From: Rotaria sordida
Lineage: Eukaryota
Length of the DNA stretch: 20,049 nt
Direction of reading: 5' to 3'
Assembly (NCBI GenBank): GCA_905250005.1
Contig: CAJNOH010002538.1
Location: forward strand, 1 to 20,049
The position numbers and the translations under genes were made by a program. The notes below the pieces were generated by a model. That model worked only from the letters and a program-made list of their open reading frames with translations, had not been told where the DNA came from and made no database searches. Positions 11,041 to 20,049 of the stretch are shown piece after piece. How positions within the stretch are numbered: position 1 is the stretch's first letter; every line of letters begins with the position of its first letter.

Positions 11041-12851
11041 TATGAAACGACTGTTGAGTATTAAATTCAAAAACATAATGAAAAATTTTCAAAAAAATAT
11101 CTTCATATTATGAACAAGATGATTAGATGAATACACTGTTTTGTCAATATTGATCCCATGCTGTAGAAACTTAGAATCTATGTAAGATTTGAATTTGAGT
11201 CACACTGAAAATTCTAAGAGAAGCTTTTGCCTTAAATTTCGAACTAAAGTTTACATTCGAGTAGAGTCAATATCGTAGCTGTAGTTATACACAATTTCAT
11301 TGTGCAGATTACAAAGATGGCTTTACTGCCCAGAATTCAGTGCTATTCATACGTTCCTTCGAAGGTGGAATAAGACTGATATGCAATGAAGTTTTTATAC
11401 ACTTTTCAGCTACATGTTGTTCAGACTGTTTTATAAGCAACAAGCCTCAGTAGAGCTAGTCTTGATGAATGTTGAACATATGGTTGACCATCTTTGTGTT
11501 TTTTTTATCTCATGTGTCTATCAATATGACGTACAACTGTTATATTGTTTAAAGCATCGAATCTCATTGGTTCTTAACTTTTAATTAATTCCTTAGGTTT
11601 CAACGAGCAATACCCTTATAATTCTTTTTCGCCTTCTACATCAATAAAAGATGATGAAAGAACGAAACAGATGGATGCATGCTTCCTATTGTTTATCCGG
11701 TTGTTTGTCCGTATTTTTTGATCAAAGAAACAGATGTGAGACGATCTGATTCACTACTACAATCAAGAGAACAGAGAAAAGTCATACATCGTTAAGCTTA
11801 CAAATTCAATCATCGTCCAACAATATTTCTTAATCAACTATGTAGTGTATGATGCAAAAGAAAAAAAAACAAGCTTCTAGATTGGATGAAAAATTTTACT
11901 ATTGACAATAGTCAACAAAGATTTCTTCTTTGGAATATTTTTTTTTTATTCAAACAATAAATCATTATCGTATTTGCATCGAAAAGCTTCGGCATGAAAA
12001 ATCCATCAGTTATTCGAGTGAAACGCGTAACAGCCCCTTCTATTATGAAGTCTCTTGTCGTAAAACAAGCACGATCAAACAATAAAGTTGAAAGATCTCC
12101 TAGTAAATCTATTAAATTAAAAGCTATCACAAAACTATCAACGTCGAAGGTATGCTTATAACTACGCTTTACAAACATTCTCACCCAAAAGATTCTTCCA
12201 TGGTACTGGAAGCTTTTACCTGGTTAATTAATTGATTCTATGAGACAAAAGATATTTCTAACTTAAGGTATCGAGCTACAATTGTTCTGCGGTTTCTATT
12301 AGTCTTAAAAGAAGCTAGGTATTGCTATTATAATTAAAGTGAATCACTTTAATTATAACCAAAATATCTAACCAATAGTTACAATTGAGAGAATAAGTGC
12401 TAGTTAAGAACTTCGTCTCAGTTGAGCTCTCATGATTTGCTGAGTTGGTAATGTTATAGAACGGTAGATATGTGAAACTAATTATCATAAGAATAGTAAG
12501 ACTTAATAAAGGATAGTGACTATAAATACCTCTAAAGATGGTTCGATAAATAAAACAGTATTTCAAAAGATTTCTTCATTCAGTAAACTATGCGTGAATA
12601 CCTATGAGTTGCTGTTTTCGCGCTTAGACTAAACTGCGCTAAATAGCCCTTCGGTTAATTTTCCTTAAATCCCAGTCAAACCATTCGAAGATCTGATATT
12701 AAGCTACACTCTCGCAAGCTTTGCCCATTTAGTCATCCTAAGTGGTGAATCAGTGTTCAGTCGATATTTTCACTTGTTATCTTTAATGTTTCCTATATCT
12801 ATTAGACAGATAGGCAGAAAAAGAAAATTCCAACTTGAACCATTCTTTTGA

Positions 12852-14056
12852 CGTAGGATATCTTAGATCCAGATTCGAGCTTTTTCTCGGATCGATTCGT
12901 CCAGGCGAATGTTTCAACAAAAGTAATTGATGTTCCAAGTGCAATTCGATGGGCTTCATCCAACGATGAAAACCGCATCTCGATACATTGCACCATTCTC
13001 GATAAGACGCCCGTACACCAGCCAAGTTTCCTTTTCGAGTTGGTATTTCCTTGACCGATTTGCCCAGGAAAATGTTCTAACAAAATGAATTGATGTTCCA
13101 AGTACCATTTTACAACATCTATGCAATGGTAAAATTCCCGCTTTAATAACATGCATCTTTCTCAAGCAAATGCCCATATACTGGTCTCAACTACCCCATC
13201 GGATCAGTATTTCCTGCGCTGATTTGCTCATTAGAAGGTTCCAACAAAACTATTCACAGTTTTCGCCTATATTTCCTTGTGCCATCTAATGGTACAAACC
13301 GCATTTGAACAGCATGTTCCCTTCTTAAGAAACGGGTCATACATCGGCTTCATTCCCCGTTTGGCTTGATATTTGAGTATTTTCTCGAAAATAGAGCATG
13401 CTTTTGAAGTGTGAACTTTACTCTCCGACAGGGCTCCTCGAATTGCATTTGGAACATTGAGTAGCTTTGTTGGAATATTGTCTTGAATGATTTGATCCAA
13501 GAAATAGCGGTTCAATGCGATAATTTGGCTCGATCTGTGGGCATTTTCTTGAAAAGAATGCACGCTATTAGAATGGGGATTTTAGCATTGTATAGAGATT
13601 GTGAAACAAATCGCATTTAGAACATTAATTATTTTTGTTGAAACATTCTCCTAGACAAATTGGCTCTGGAAATACGAATTTTTTTATGGTAGATGTCGTC
13701 ACAGTATGGATACCCTCCAGTGTAAGAAGGATAGCTCAACAACGAAGCATGCTACCGAGATGAGATTTTCACCGTTGCATAGAGCTTGTGAAATAGCACT
13801 TGGAGCATCAATTACTTTTGTCGGAGCATTCTCCTGGGCGAATCAGCCCAAAATTAATCTTTTTAAGTTCGTGAAGTGGAAGAAACAATGGTAATTTGGG
13901 TTTGTCTGGATCACTATAGCATGGATCGAGACACTGTTTTCACCATTCGATGGAGCTCGTCGAGTTGTACTTGGAACTTAGGTTAGTGGTTTTGAAATAT
14001 TCGCCTGAGTGAATCTGCTCTAAAAAACCTCGAATCCGAACCTAAGATATCCTACG
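12852..14056. repeat. Foldback / large inverted-repeat element built from diverged 155-190 bp units
   Basis: Left end CGTAGGATATCTTAGATCCAGATTCGAG (12852-12879) mirrors right end CTCGAATCCGAACCTAAGATATCCTACG (14029-14056). Similarity continues inward for more than 100 nt on both sides. Internal units share a core like 'cacttggaacatcaattacttttgttggaacattctcctgggcgaat', minus-oriented on the left and plus-oriented on the right. Confidence 0.75.
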
Positions 14057-16067
14057 TATTGTTTCGCAAGTTACGTAAGCATCCAATCAAAACGAATCAC
14101 TCAAATCTTTGCATGCCATAAAAAGAACGACATCAGTGAATTACCATAACAACCTCTTCCCATATGTAGTGTTTACTATAAATAGAGAATATCTCTGCCT
14201 TATTGCTATTGAAATATGTTTTCTACAAATGTGCTTTAAATTTTTACTACATGGTACTTTTAGGAGTCAAGAAAAAGTGAACCAAACATCCAACAACCAT
14301 TCAGTGGGGTTTTGGTAGACCGGACTGCTAAAATATTGCCTATCCAAAACAATTTATCCATTCAATTAGCAACTGATGTATGTAATATTTGTTTCATCAA
14401 AGTATACGTGACAGATTTGAATGTAAACCTATCTAAAAGAGTTGGAGACAGTTCAATAGTTGTAGGCAGACTGTCTAATGATATGTTTTCATCGAGACAT
14501 CGATGCGATCTCAGATAGTATACATAATGACCAATAAAAGCTCGTTGCAATCCTTGAAGCACAATTACTACAGGATTAAGATTGATAGCATAATCGATCT
14601 AACGTGCGGTTGCGGGAAGAAATCCTAGTGATATGAATTATGATACTTTACTGAGTTGGATGTAAAATGGGTTGACAAAAATTATCTCGACCTGCAAAAA
14701 CACGAATTGAAAAGGTACTCTACTTATCTCATATTGTACTTAAAAATTGAATTTCCACCTGCTTTACTAAATGGAGTGCCCAAGCAGATTTGATCGTTCA
14801 TGATAGAATAGTAATCAAATTGTGATTGATTCAGACATACACCGAATCCGATCGATCGAATTCAGTCTTGACTAAGCTTATTTACAGTGAATTGATTTAA
14901 GGAAGCAGAAGTAAGCCAAAAAAAAAATTTCAAACTTGGCTATACCAGATATATGTATAATGAACTGAATGATTCAATATTAGAAGGTCTGCGAACATCC
15001 TAAGAACGGTCGATAATTTAACAAGTATTCGAATTTGAATCGGAATAAAAGGAACCTCAGAGTGTTTTCTTGATTGCCCGAATACTTCAACAAACATTTT
15101 TGTATAACTAACCAAGTACTACGTATGTACGGAAGCTGGAGGTTCGGGTTCGGTGAATTCAATTTGCATCGAAACTCGAGATCTGTTCCAGGATTTTGGT
15201 TTAATATTATCGTTCAGCTTTGATATTGAATAGGCCGAACAGTATGTTGATTGGCTTCTAACAAGTACTCTGTGATTATAGACGAAATTTCTTCTTCAGT
15301 ATATCGTCCCTATTTTATTGTTTTCGATAAGAAGATACACTCAAACTTAGGGACTAACTCTGTCCAGATGGATTTTATTTCTTTCATACAAATTTCAGAT
15401 TGGTTTATTCCAAAACTCTTAATCACTTCATTATGTATATCAATTTGTTTGACATGAAGCTATGTCACCAACGAAATTATGACATGAATCAATATTTTTT
15501 ACGGACTTATCACACTATTCTCCACTAGTATGAGTTTTGCAACACAATAGAGAGATACAGGTTATGGAATATATCAATTCTTAATTTCTCCATCGGTTGC
15601 CTTATTTTTTGTAATCGATTATCTACTCATGATTTCCGTCTAATCCAGAAAAAGAAATAGTCCATAGATCCTTAAAATTTAGTGCCTTTCATTATTTTAT
15701 TCCATCTGATATATTGCATGCTTAAGGAATACAATATCAGAAGTACACAAGATGCTTAGTGCTCCTCAGAATATCTTAATCTTTTGATTTTTATTCAAGG
15801 CAAACTATCAAATTAAAGCAGATAGGACATTCATCATTATCTGATATATAAAATAATTACCACGTCCATGATTTTGAAGAATTCTTTTGTTACTTTTTTT
15901 TTATATACAGAAATTATGATAAAAGTTTTTTCTTACATATGAGAGACTGGATAAAATTTTAAAAGTTTATTACTATATCAGTAATTAAAAGCTCCGAATA
16001 GTTAGCTGCGTCTACGACTAAGGATTTAAAGAATTGCGTACGAAGCTTTGAACATTTCTATTTGCAG

Positions 16068-16184
16068 GAACCGTCTAAATCTCCACTCACTGTTCAACAA
16101 AATTTCAGTAAGGTGAGAGTCGAACGACTTTCTAGGGAAGCCACCAGCCACATCCGTTCGTCCAACCAACCAACGACAATAGAA
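16068..16184 (+). CDS. Exon A of predicted TM/Thr-rich stalk protein: EPSKSPLTVQQNFSKVRVERLSREATSHIRSSNQPTTIE
   Basis: Acceptor tttctatttgcag|gaa, 39 open codons, donor gaa|gtatgt. Phase 0 out into a 56-nt intron. True 5' end of the gene not identified. Confidence 0.6.
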
Positions 16185-16240
16185 GTATGTGGAAAGTCCA
16201 TTTATTGACTTTTTTTTAATCGAAATGTATGTATCTTCAG

Positions 16241-16357
16241 ATTTCTAAAGAAGATCGGCTGCGGCCTGAATCGTCGATGAAGGGTGTGCACGTTGAAAGA
16301 ATTCAAAGTGTACACAAAAATTATGATAGAGTTTTCGCAGAGTCAGCACCGAGCGAT
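16241..16357 (+). CDS. Exon B of the same gene: ISKEDRLRPESSMKGVHVERIQSVHKNYDRVFAESAPSD
   Basis: Acceptor gtatcttcag|att, 39 open codons, donor gat|gtaaag. Phase 0 in and out. Next intron is 51 nt. Confidence 0.6.
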
Positions 16358-16408
16358 GTAAAGCGAGAAATTGTCCATTAATAAAGGTAAATGATGTTTG
16401 TTATTTAG

Positions 16409-16558
16409 ACTCCAATTAAGCGTGAATCAAATGACTCAGCCTTCAACAGTGATGTTCGCATAGGATCGGCGTATGATAAAATCAATGAAACTGACCTACC
16501 TTATGCAGCATCACCGACAAACAATTTCAATCCCACTACCTTTACAAGAATATCTCGC
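16409..16558 (+). CDS. Exon C of the same gene: TPIKRESNDSAFNSDVRIGSAYDKINETDLPYAASPTNNFNPTTFTRISR
   Basis: Acceptor tgttatttag|act, 50 open codons, donor cgc|gtatgt. Phase 0 in and out. Confidence 0.6.
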
Positions 16559-16664
16559 GTATGTTGGTTTTAGTTCTACAACCGTAGAAAATTTTCTGAG
16601 AAGGCATCCCTGGATTGATACTCAAAACATTCATTTTCAAAGCTAATCAGTCAATTTAAAGGAT

Positions 16665-16865
16665 TCATTTCCGAATATACTGTGCTGTTACTACTTTATT
16701 GACTGATTGTAGTTCAAAAATTCTTACTTCCTTTTGACAATGAATTCTGGAATTATATGAAATTTTCCTGGCACCATTTCGCAATCCAAAAAGTTCGACT
16801 GAAATGTGTCGTTCGCATGTACAAAAAATTTTGAATCCATCAGTTTTTCTACAACCATCAGTCAT
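16665..16865 (-). CDS. Coding-like segment, minus strand, possibly downstream exon of the same unit as 16913-17065
   Basis: MTDGCRKTDGFKIFCTCERHISVELFGLRNGARKISYNSRIHCQKE with a candidate donor (gaa|gtaaga). The frame extends upstream to a possible acceptor caatcacagag|t. Confidence 0.25.
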   Translation of the reverse strand: MTDGCRKTDGFKIFCTCERHISVELFGLRNGARKISYNSRIHCQKEVRIFELQSVNKVVTAQYIRK

Positions 16866-16912
16866 ATCTTGATTTCTTGAAAGGGCACTCTGTGATTGAA
16901 ACTTATGTCTTA

Positions 16913-17065
16913 GAAAATCACACAGATTTTCCTAAATTTCTCTAACCAAGTGATGCGTGATTGCCTATCTTCTAATTCAGCAGCTGTCATTTTATGCTTT
17001 TTTTGAACTAAAAGAGCGTCCCCAAGCTTCTTTAGTTCTAAAGAAAGTTTTCGGGCAACCGCGAA
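16913..17065 (-). CDS. Coding-like segment, minus strand: FAVARKLSLELKKLGDALLVQKKHKMTAAELEDRQSRITWLEKFRKICVIF
   Basis: 51 open codons directly after candidate acceptor tttattttttattag|ttc. Charged, amphipathic composition unlike translated AT-rich noncoding DNA. No family recognised. Confidence 0.35.
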
Positions 17066-17529
17066 CTAATAAAAAATAAACTCTCAAAGATTCCACAGGA
17101 ATTTCACAAATCACACATTAACAATATAATAATTCCTTCGAATCGCAATCAGTAAACTATTCACAAAGCGATATAGTTCGGTTTCTCCCTGAGCAATCCA
17201 TTACCAACTATGTAGTTGAGAAAAACTCTTTGAGAACTGGGTGAAATCAATAAAAACTTGCAAGAAAAAAACAGCCAACGGACCCACCAAAGCATTTAAA
17301 ACTTCCTAACTCAAAGTATGAATATTAACTTGAGTTTTTCAGAATCTGTTCTCATCTGATGTGTGGCAAAAATTTTCCGGGTTTCATATCTTCGCTATCG
17401 ACATAGTACTTTGGAGTAACCACTTTAATTTTGTAGCTATCTTATCGTAATCTTTCCACAGTTAAATATCGTGTGACCGAGAGAGATTCATAGAATTGCT
17501 CGTACACAATATGTATACATCCTTTACAG

Positions 17530-17660
17530 GCAACGAACAGTCCATATGATACTGATTTGTGGCGGACTAATGACTTTCCAACTCGTCGGTCACAAATAAC
17601 TCCTGCAAAAAACTCTGTGCCCTATATCAACGTCGTAGAGAATTTAATAGAAGAAACTCA
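17530..17660 (+). CDS. Exon D of the same gene: ATNSPYDTDLWRTNDFPTRRSQITPAKNSVPYINVVENLIEET
   Basis: Acceptor catcctttacag|gca, 43 open codons plus 2 nt, donor ca|gtaagt. Phase 0 in and phase 2 out, matching exon E exactly. Confidence 0.65.
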
Positions 17661-17733
17661 GTAAGTAGGAAGATGAACGTTATTGATTATTCAATCGATG
17701 TTAATCCTTTATTTTCGACATTTCTACATTTAG

Positions 17734-17849
17734 CCGAAAGAAACAAAGAAAATTTATGGGATGCCCTCCAATGTGTCTAATATGCACATGTGCTTTATGC
17801 CTCGCTCTCATTGCAGCTGCCATCGCTTTGGCTCTTGCTTTGACTTTAA
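17734..17849 (+). CDS. Exon E of the same gene: (H)RKKQRKFMGCPPMCLICTCALCLALIAAAIALALALTL, transmembrane segment
   Basis: Acceptor ttctacatttag|c, donor tta a|gtgagt. Basic RKKQRK cluster followed by ~25 hydrophobic, Cys- and Ala-rich residues. Preceding intron is 73 nt. Confidence 0.75.
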
Positions 17850-19541
17850 GTGAGTACTTTTTATTTCGTTTAAGAATTAGTTTCAAGAACACAAAAGAAT
17901 AGTCAATACTTGCATATGAGACTCGACTTTCTGACGTAGACTATCTCCAGGATTCTTTTTCTTTGTGGTAGGGTAAATAAAGCAATAGTGTTCGTAAGAA
18001 AAGTAGACAAAATATAAAAATAGGATTACCGCTCCGGTAAAAGTTGCTTCTGAAATTTTTAAAGTCATCAGCCAGTAATTTATTGAGTACAGTTACAATA
18101 TGTAATCTGTACTTGTTTACTTAAAGGTCTCGAGAATTATAATTGGCCTCATATTAGAATTGTTCGAGCAAAGCAATTCGAATGACTTCTACGAACACCT
18201 TTGTTTCTACAGGACATAAAATGCTAGCTTTTCTACTAATTGATGAAATAGAAAATCTTTGAAAGATACTTCTAAGAAGTGTTCGGCAGCAAGAAATCGT
18301 TTATCTAATACCGGCAGACTAGTGATTAGACCTCATGTAGATAATCTCGATGTTTCTTTTGTTTTCGATTGACTTTGGTTTCCCGAAAAGAGATATAAGC
18401 ATATCGACAACAAAATTAGCGATAGAATTCATTAGCAGAAGTAAAACGGATTACCTATGTAAAGTAACATTTCGTGAATCATTTTTTTGAAATTGACAGA
18501 TCTGAATATATTGCTAGATGCAGCTTTTTACATTGATTACGACTTTAACATTTGATTATCTAAAAAAATTGGCTTTTGGCAACGAAAACCATAGTTCATA
18601 TTGACTAACCAAGAGATTTTTTTCGAAAAGTACTGAGCGATATACAATTCATTGCAGAATTCAAAACTTCTCAATATGACTTATTCATTGTTAATTATTA
18701 CTATCAAGAACAACTTGCACATTATTGTAAAGTATGAAAGAAGAATATTCATGCAATTAACGCATTTCTGAGCGTGCTCAGTACCGCGAATTTCATCGAA
18801 AAAAGCAGTATAACAGCGCTTCATTTCGTTTTCACATTTTTTATCTAAGCGAAAATACTTCAGCGAAATCTTTCTTAACATTTAAAAACCTATTTAATGA
18901 TCTACAAAAATGGCTCTAGAAGCATTTCACTTGAAGAAGTACTTTCACAAGAAATTCCAGTTCTAGCAGTGGTACTAGAGAATAAGGTTTTTTTTATATG
19001 ACAGCGTTACATAACGATCGAATCTTCTCAGATAGTTGAAAAATGCATATCAAAAAACGAACAGCATTTCGTTTGAATAAGTCGAAAAATAACCACCACC
19101 AAAACATCGCACCATCTAATCCACCCAAGTGCGTCAGAGACAAAGGTAACAGTGAAGAATTTTATCTATCTGTTGTGCCCATAGAAAACTCGTCTTTCCG
19201 AAAGAATAGGGAAGAAATCGTTACTTTTCAGATTAATATAGACGAATGTTATGAATAAAGAAGTCACTCGCTGGTAGACTTCTAATAGACAATGTAATTT
19301 TTTAATCAGATCAGAGATATTCTGATACAAAGGCATAAAAATCCTTTTTTTTTCTATGGAGAAAATATGCTTCAACTAATTCAGAAACGGCAACAAGTAA
19401 GAATGCTCATTCCATTCGAGTAATATTCGAAGTTTTGCTGACCATGACTGTCTGATGGCTCAAATCTTAGTGAGAGTACCATCTTATCAAATCAAAAATA
19501 TACTGATTCACTGACAAAAACCATGTTCTTCTGTAATTAAG

Positions 19542-19667
19542 GTGCAACTTCCAAGACAACAACGGTAATAACAGCAGCAGAAACGACATCGACAGACACG
19601 GCAACAACAGACACGACTACAGACACGGCAACAACAGAAACGGCTACAATAGTAACAACTATCACCG
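19542..19667 (+). CDS. Exon F of the same gene: (S)ATSKTTTVITAAETTSTDTATTDTTTDTATTETATIVTTIT(G), Thr-rich mucin-like stalk
   Basis: Acceptor ctgtaattaag|gt, phase 1 in and out (matches exon E), donor g|gtaagt. Strong Thr/Ala/Asp composition bias in one frame. Confidence 0.65.
19592..19645 (+). repeat. Two copies of a 27-nt in-frame coding repeat, TDTATTDTT / TDTATTETA
   Basis: ACAGACACGGCAACAACAGACACGACT followed by ACAGACACGGCAACAACAGAAACGGCT (2 mismatches). Confidence 0.85.
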
Positions 19668-20049
19668 GTAAGTGGACAGACTAAATAGCCACATACTGCT
19701 TCCTACGGTATTTCGATGGAAAATTTTCAATATTTGAAAATAGTTAAACTTTACATAGACCAAGATTGTTGTGCTAAGTCAAAGCTACATTTCAAATATC
19801 TCGAAAACCTGAGAAACGTCTTGTCATACAAGAAAACTCATGTAATCATGACCAGCCACGATCAAATAAAGTGTTTGGGATTTGCCAATTTTTTTCTCTC
19901 ATTTTCAATGGGTTTTTAGCCTTTCAAACTTCAAAGAACTATCTTGATTGGATGGATACTACTTTTTCGTTAGGAGATTGCGTGTATTTTGGACTCATGA
20001 AATACAGTCAATGTCCCTAATAACAACACTAAAAAAATTTTCTTCCTTA

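Noticed and set aside
11912-12184. 90-aa minus ORF MRMFVKRSYKHTFDVDSFVIAFNLIDLLGDLSTLLFDRACFTTRD...
   Set aside because: Composition is mildly protein-like, but the opposite strand is also open over much of it with a donor-like site, and no family or consistent splice neighbours were found. Too weak to call.
12783-13894. ORFs 12783-13025, 12802-13152, 12956-13177, 13267-13563 and 13706-13894 sharing an 'IALGxSITFVxxFxWxN' theme
   Set aside because: The shared peptide follows from the noncoding repeat unit occurring on both strands, with frames broken between units. Better explained as a repeat element than as a gene family.
14312-14562. Overlapping 68-aa plus and 66-aa minus ORFs
   Set aside because: Both strands are open over the same interval with no motif to choose between them. 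Expected by chance at this length.
1-20049. CRISPR arrays, rRNA, tRNA, bacterial operons
   Set aside because: No regularly spaced short repeats, recognisable rRNA or tRNA sequence, or dense prokaryotic-style ORFs were seen. tRNAscan-SE and Rfam were not run, so small ncRNAs cannot be excluded.

Overview
AT-rich, eukaryote-like nuclear DNA. The organism is probably a bdelloid rotifer or close relative. This is an inference from predicted introns of about 50-73 nt, interstitial (TGTGGG)n-like tracts and an ART+TPR protein architecture. Best-supported content: (1) an intact 706-aa minus-strand ORF (6342-8462) that reads as an R-S-E class NAD:arginine ADP-ribosyltransferase followed by kinesin-light-chain-like TPRs; (2) a plus-strand multi-exon gene missing from the ORF track, rebuilt from six phase-compatible exons (16068-19667), encoding a Ser/Thr/Arg-rich cytoplasmic tail, a Cys/Ala-rich transmembrane helix and a Thr-rich extracellular stalk; (3) a 615-bp TA-flanked MITE-like element with 24-bp perfect terminal inverted repeats (3612-4226); (4) a foldback element at about 12852-14056 built from diverged 155-190 bp units in opposite orientations; (5) G/T-rich telomere-like tracts in inverted pairs at about 6.1 kb and 9.97-10.16 kb; (6) a ~344-bp direct duplication at 9.63 and 10.70 kb. 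Weaker coding-like minus-strand segments lie at 4433-4871 and inside a long intron of the TM gene (16665-17065). No rRNA, tRNA or CRISPR array was recognised. Much of the rest looks like ordinary AT-rich noncoding sequence.
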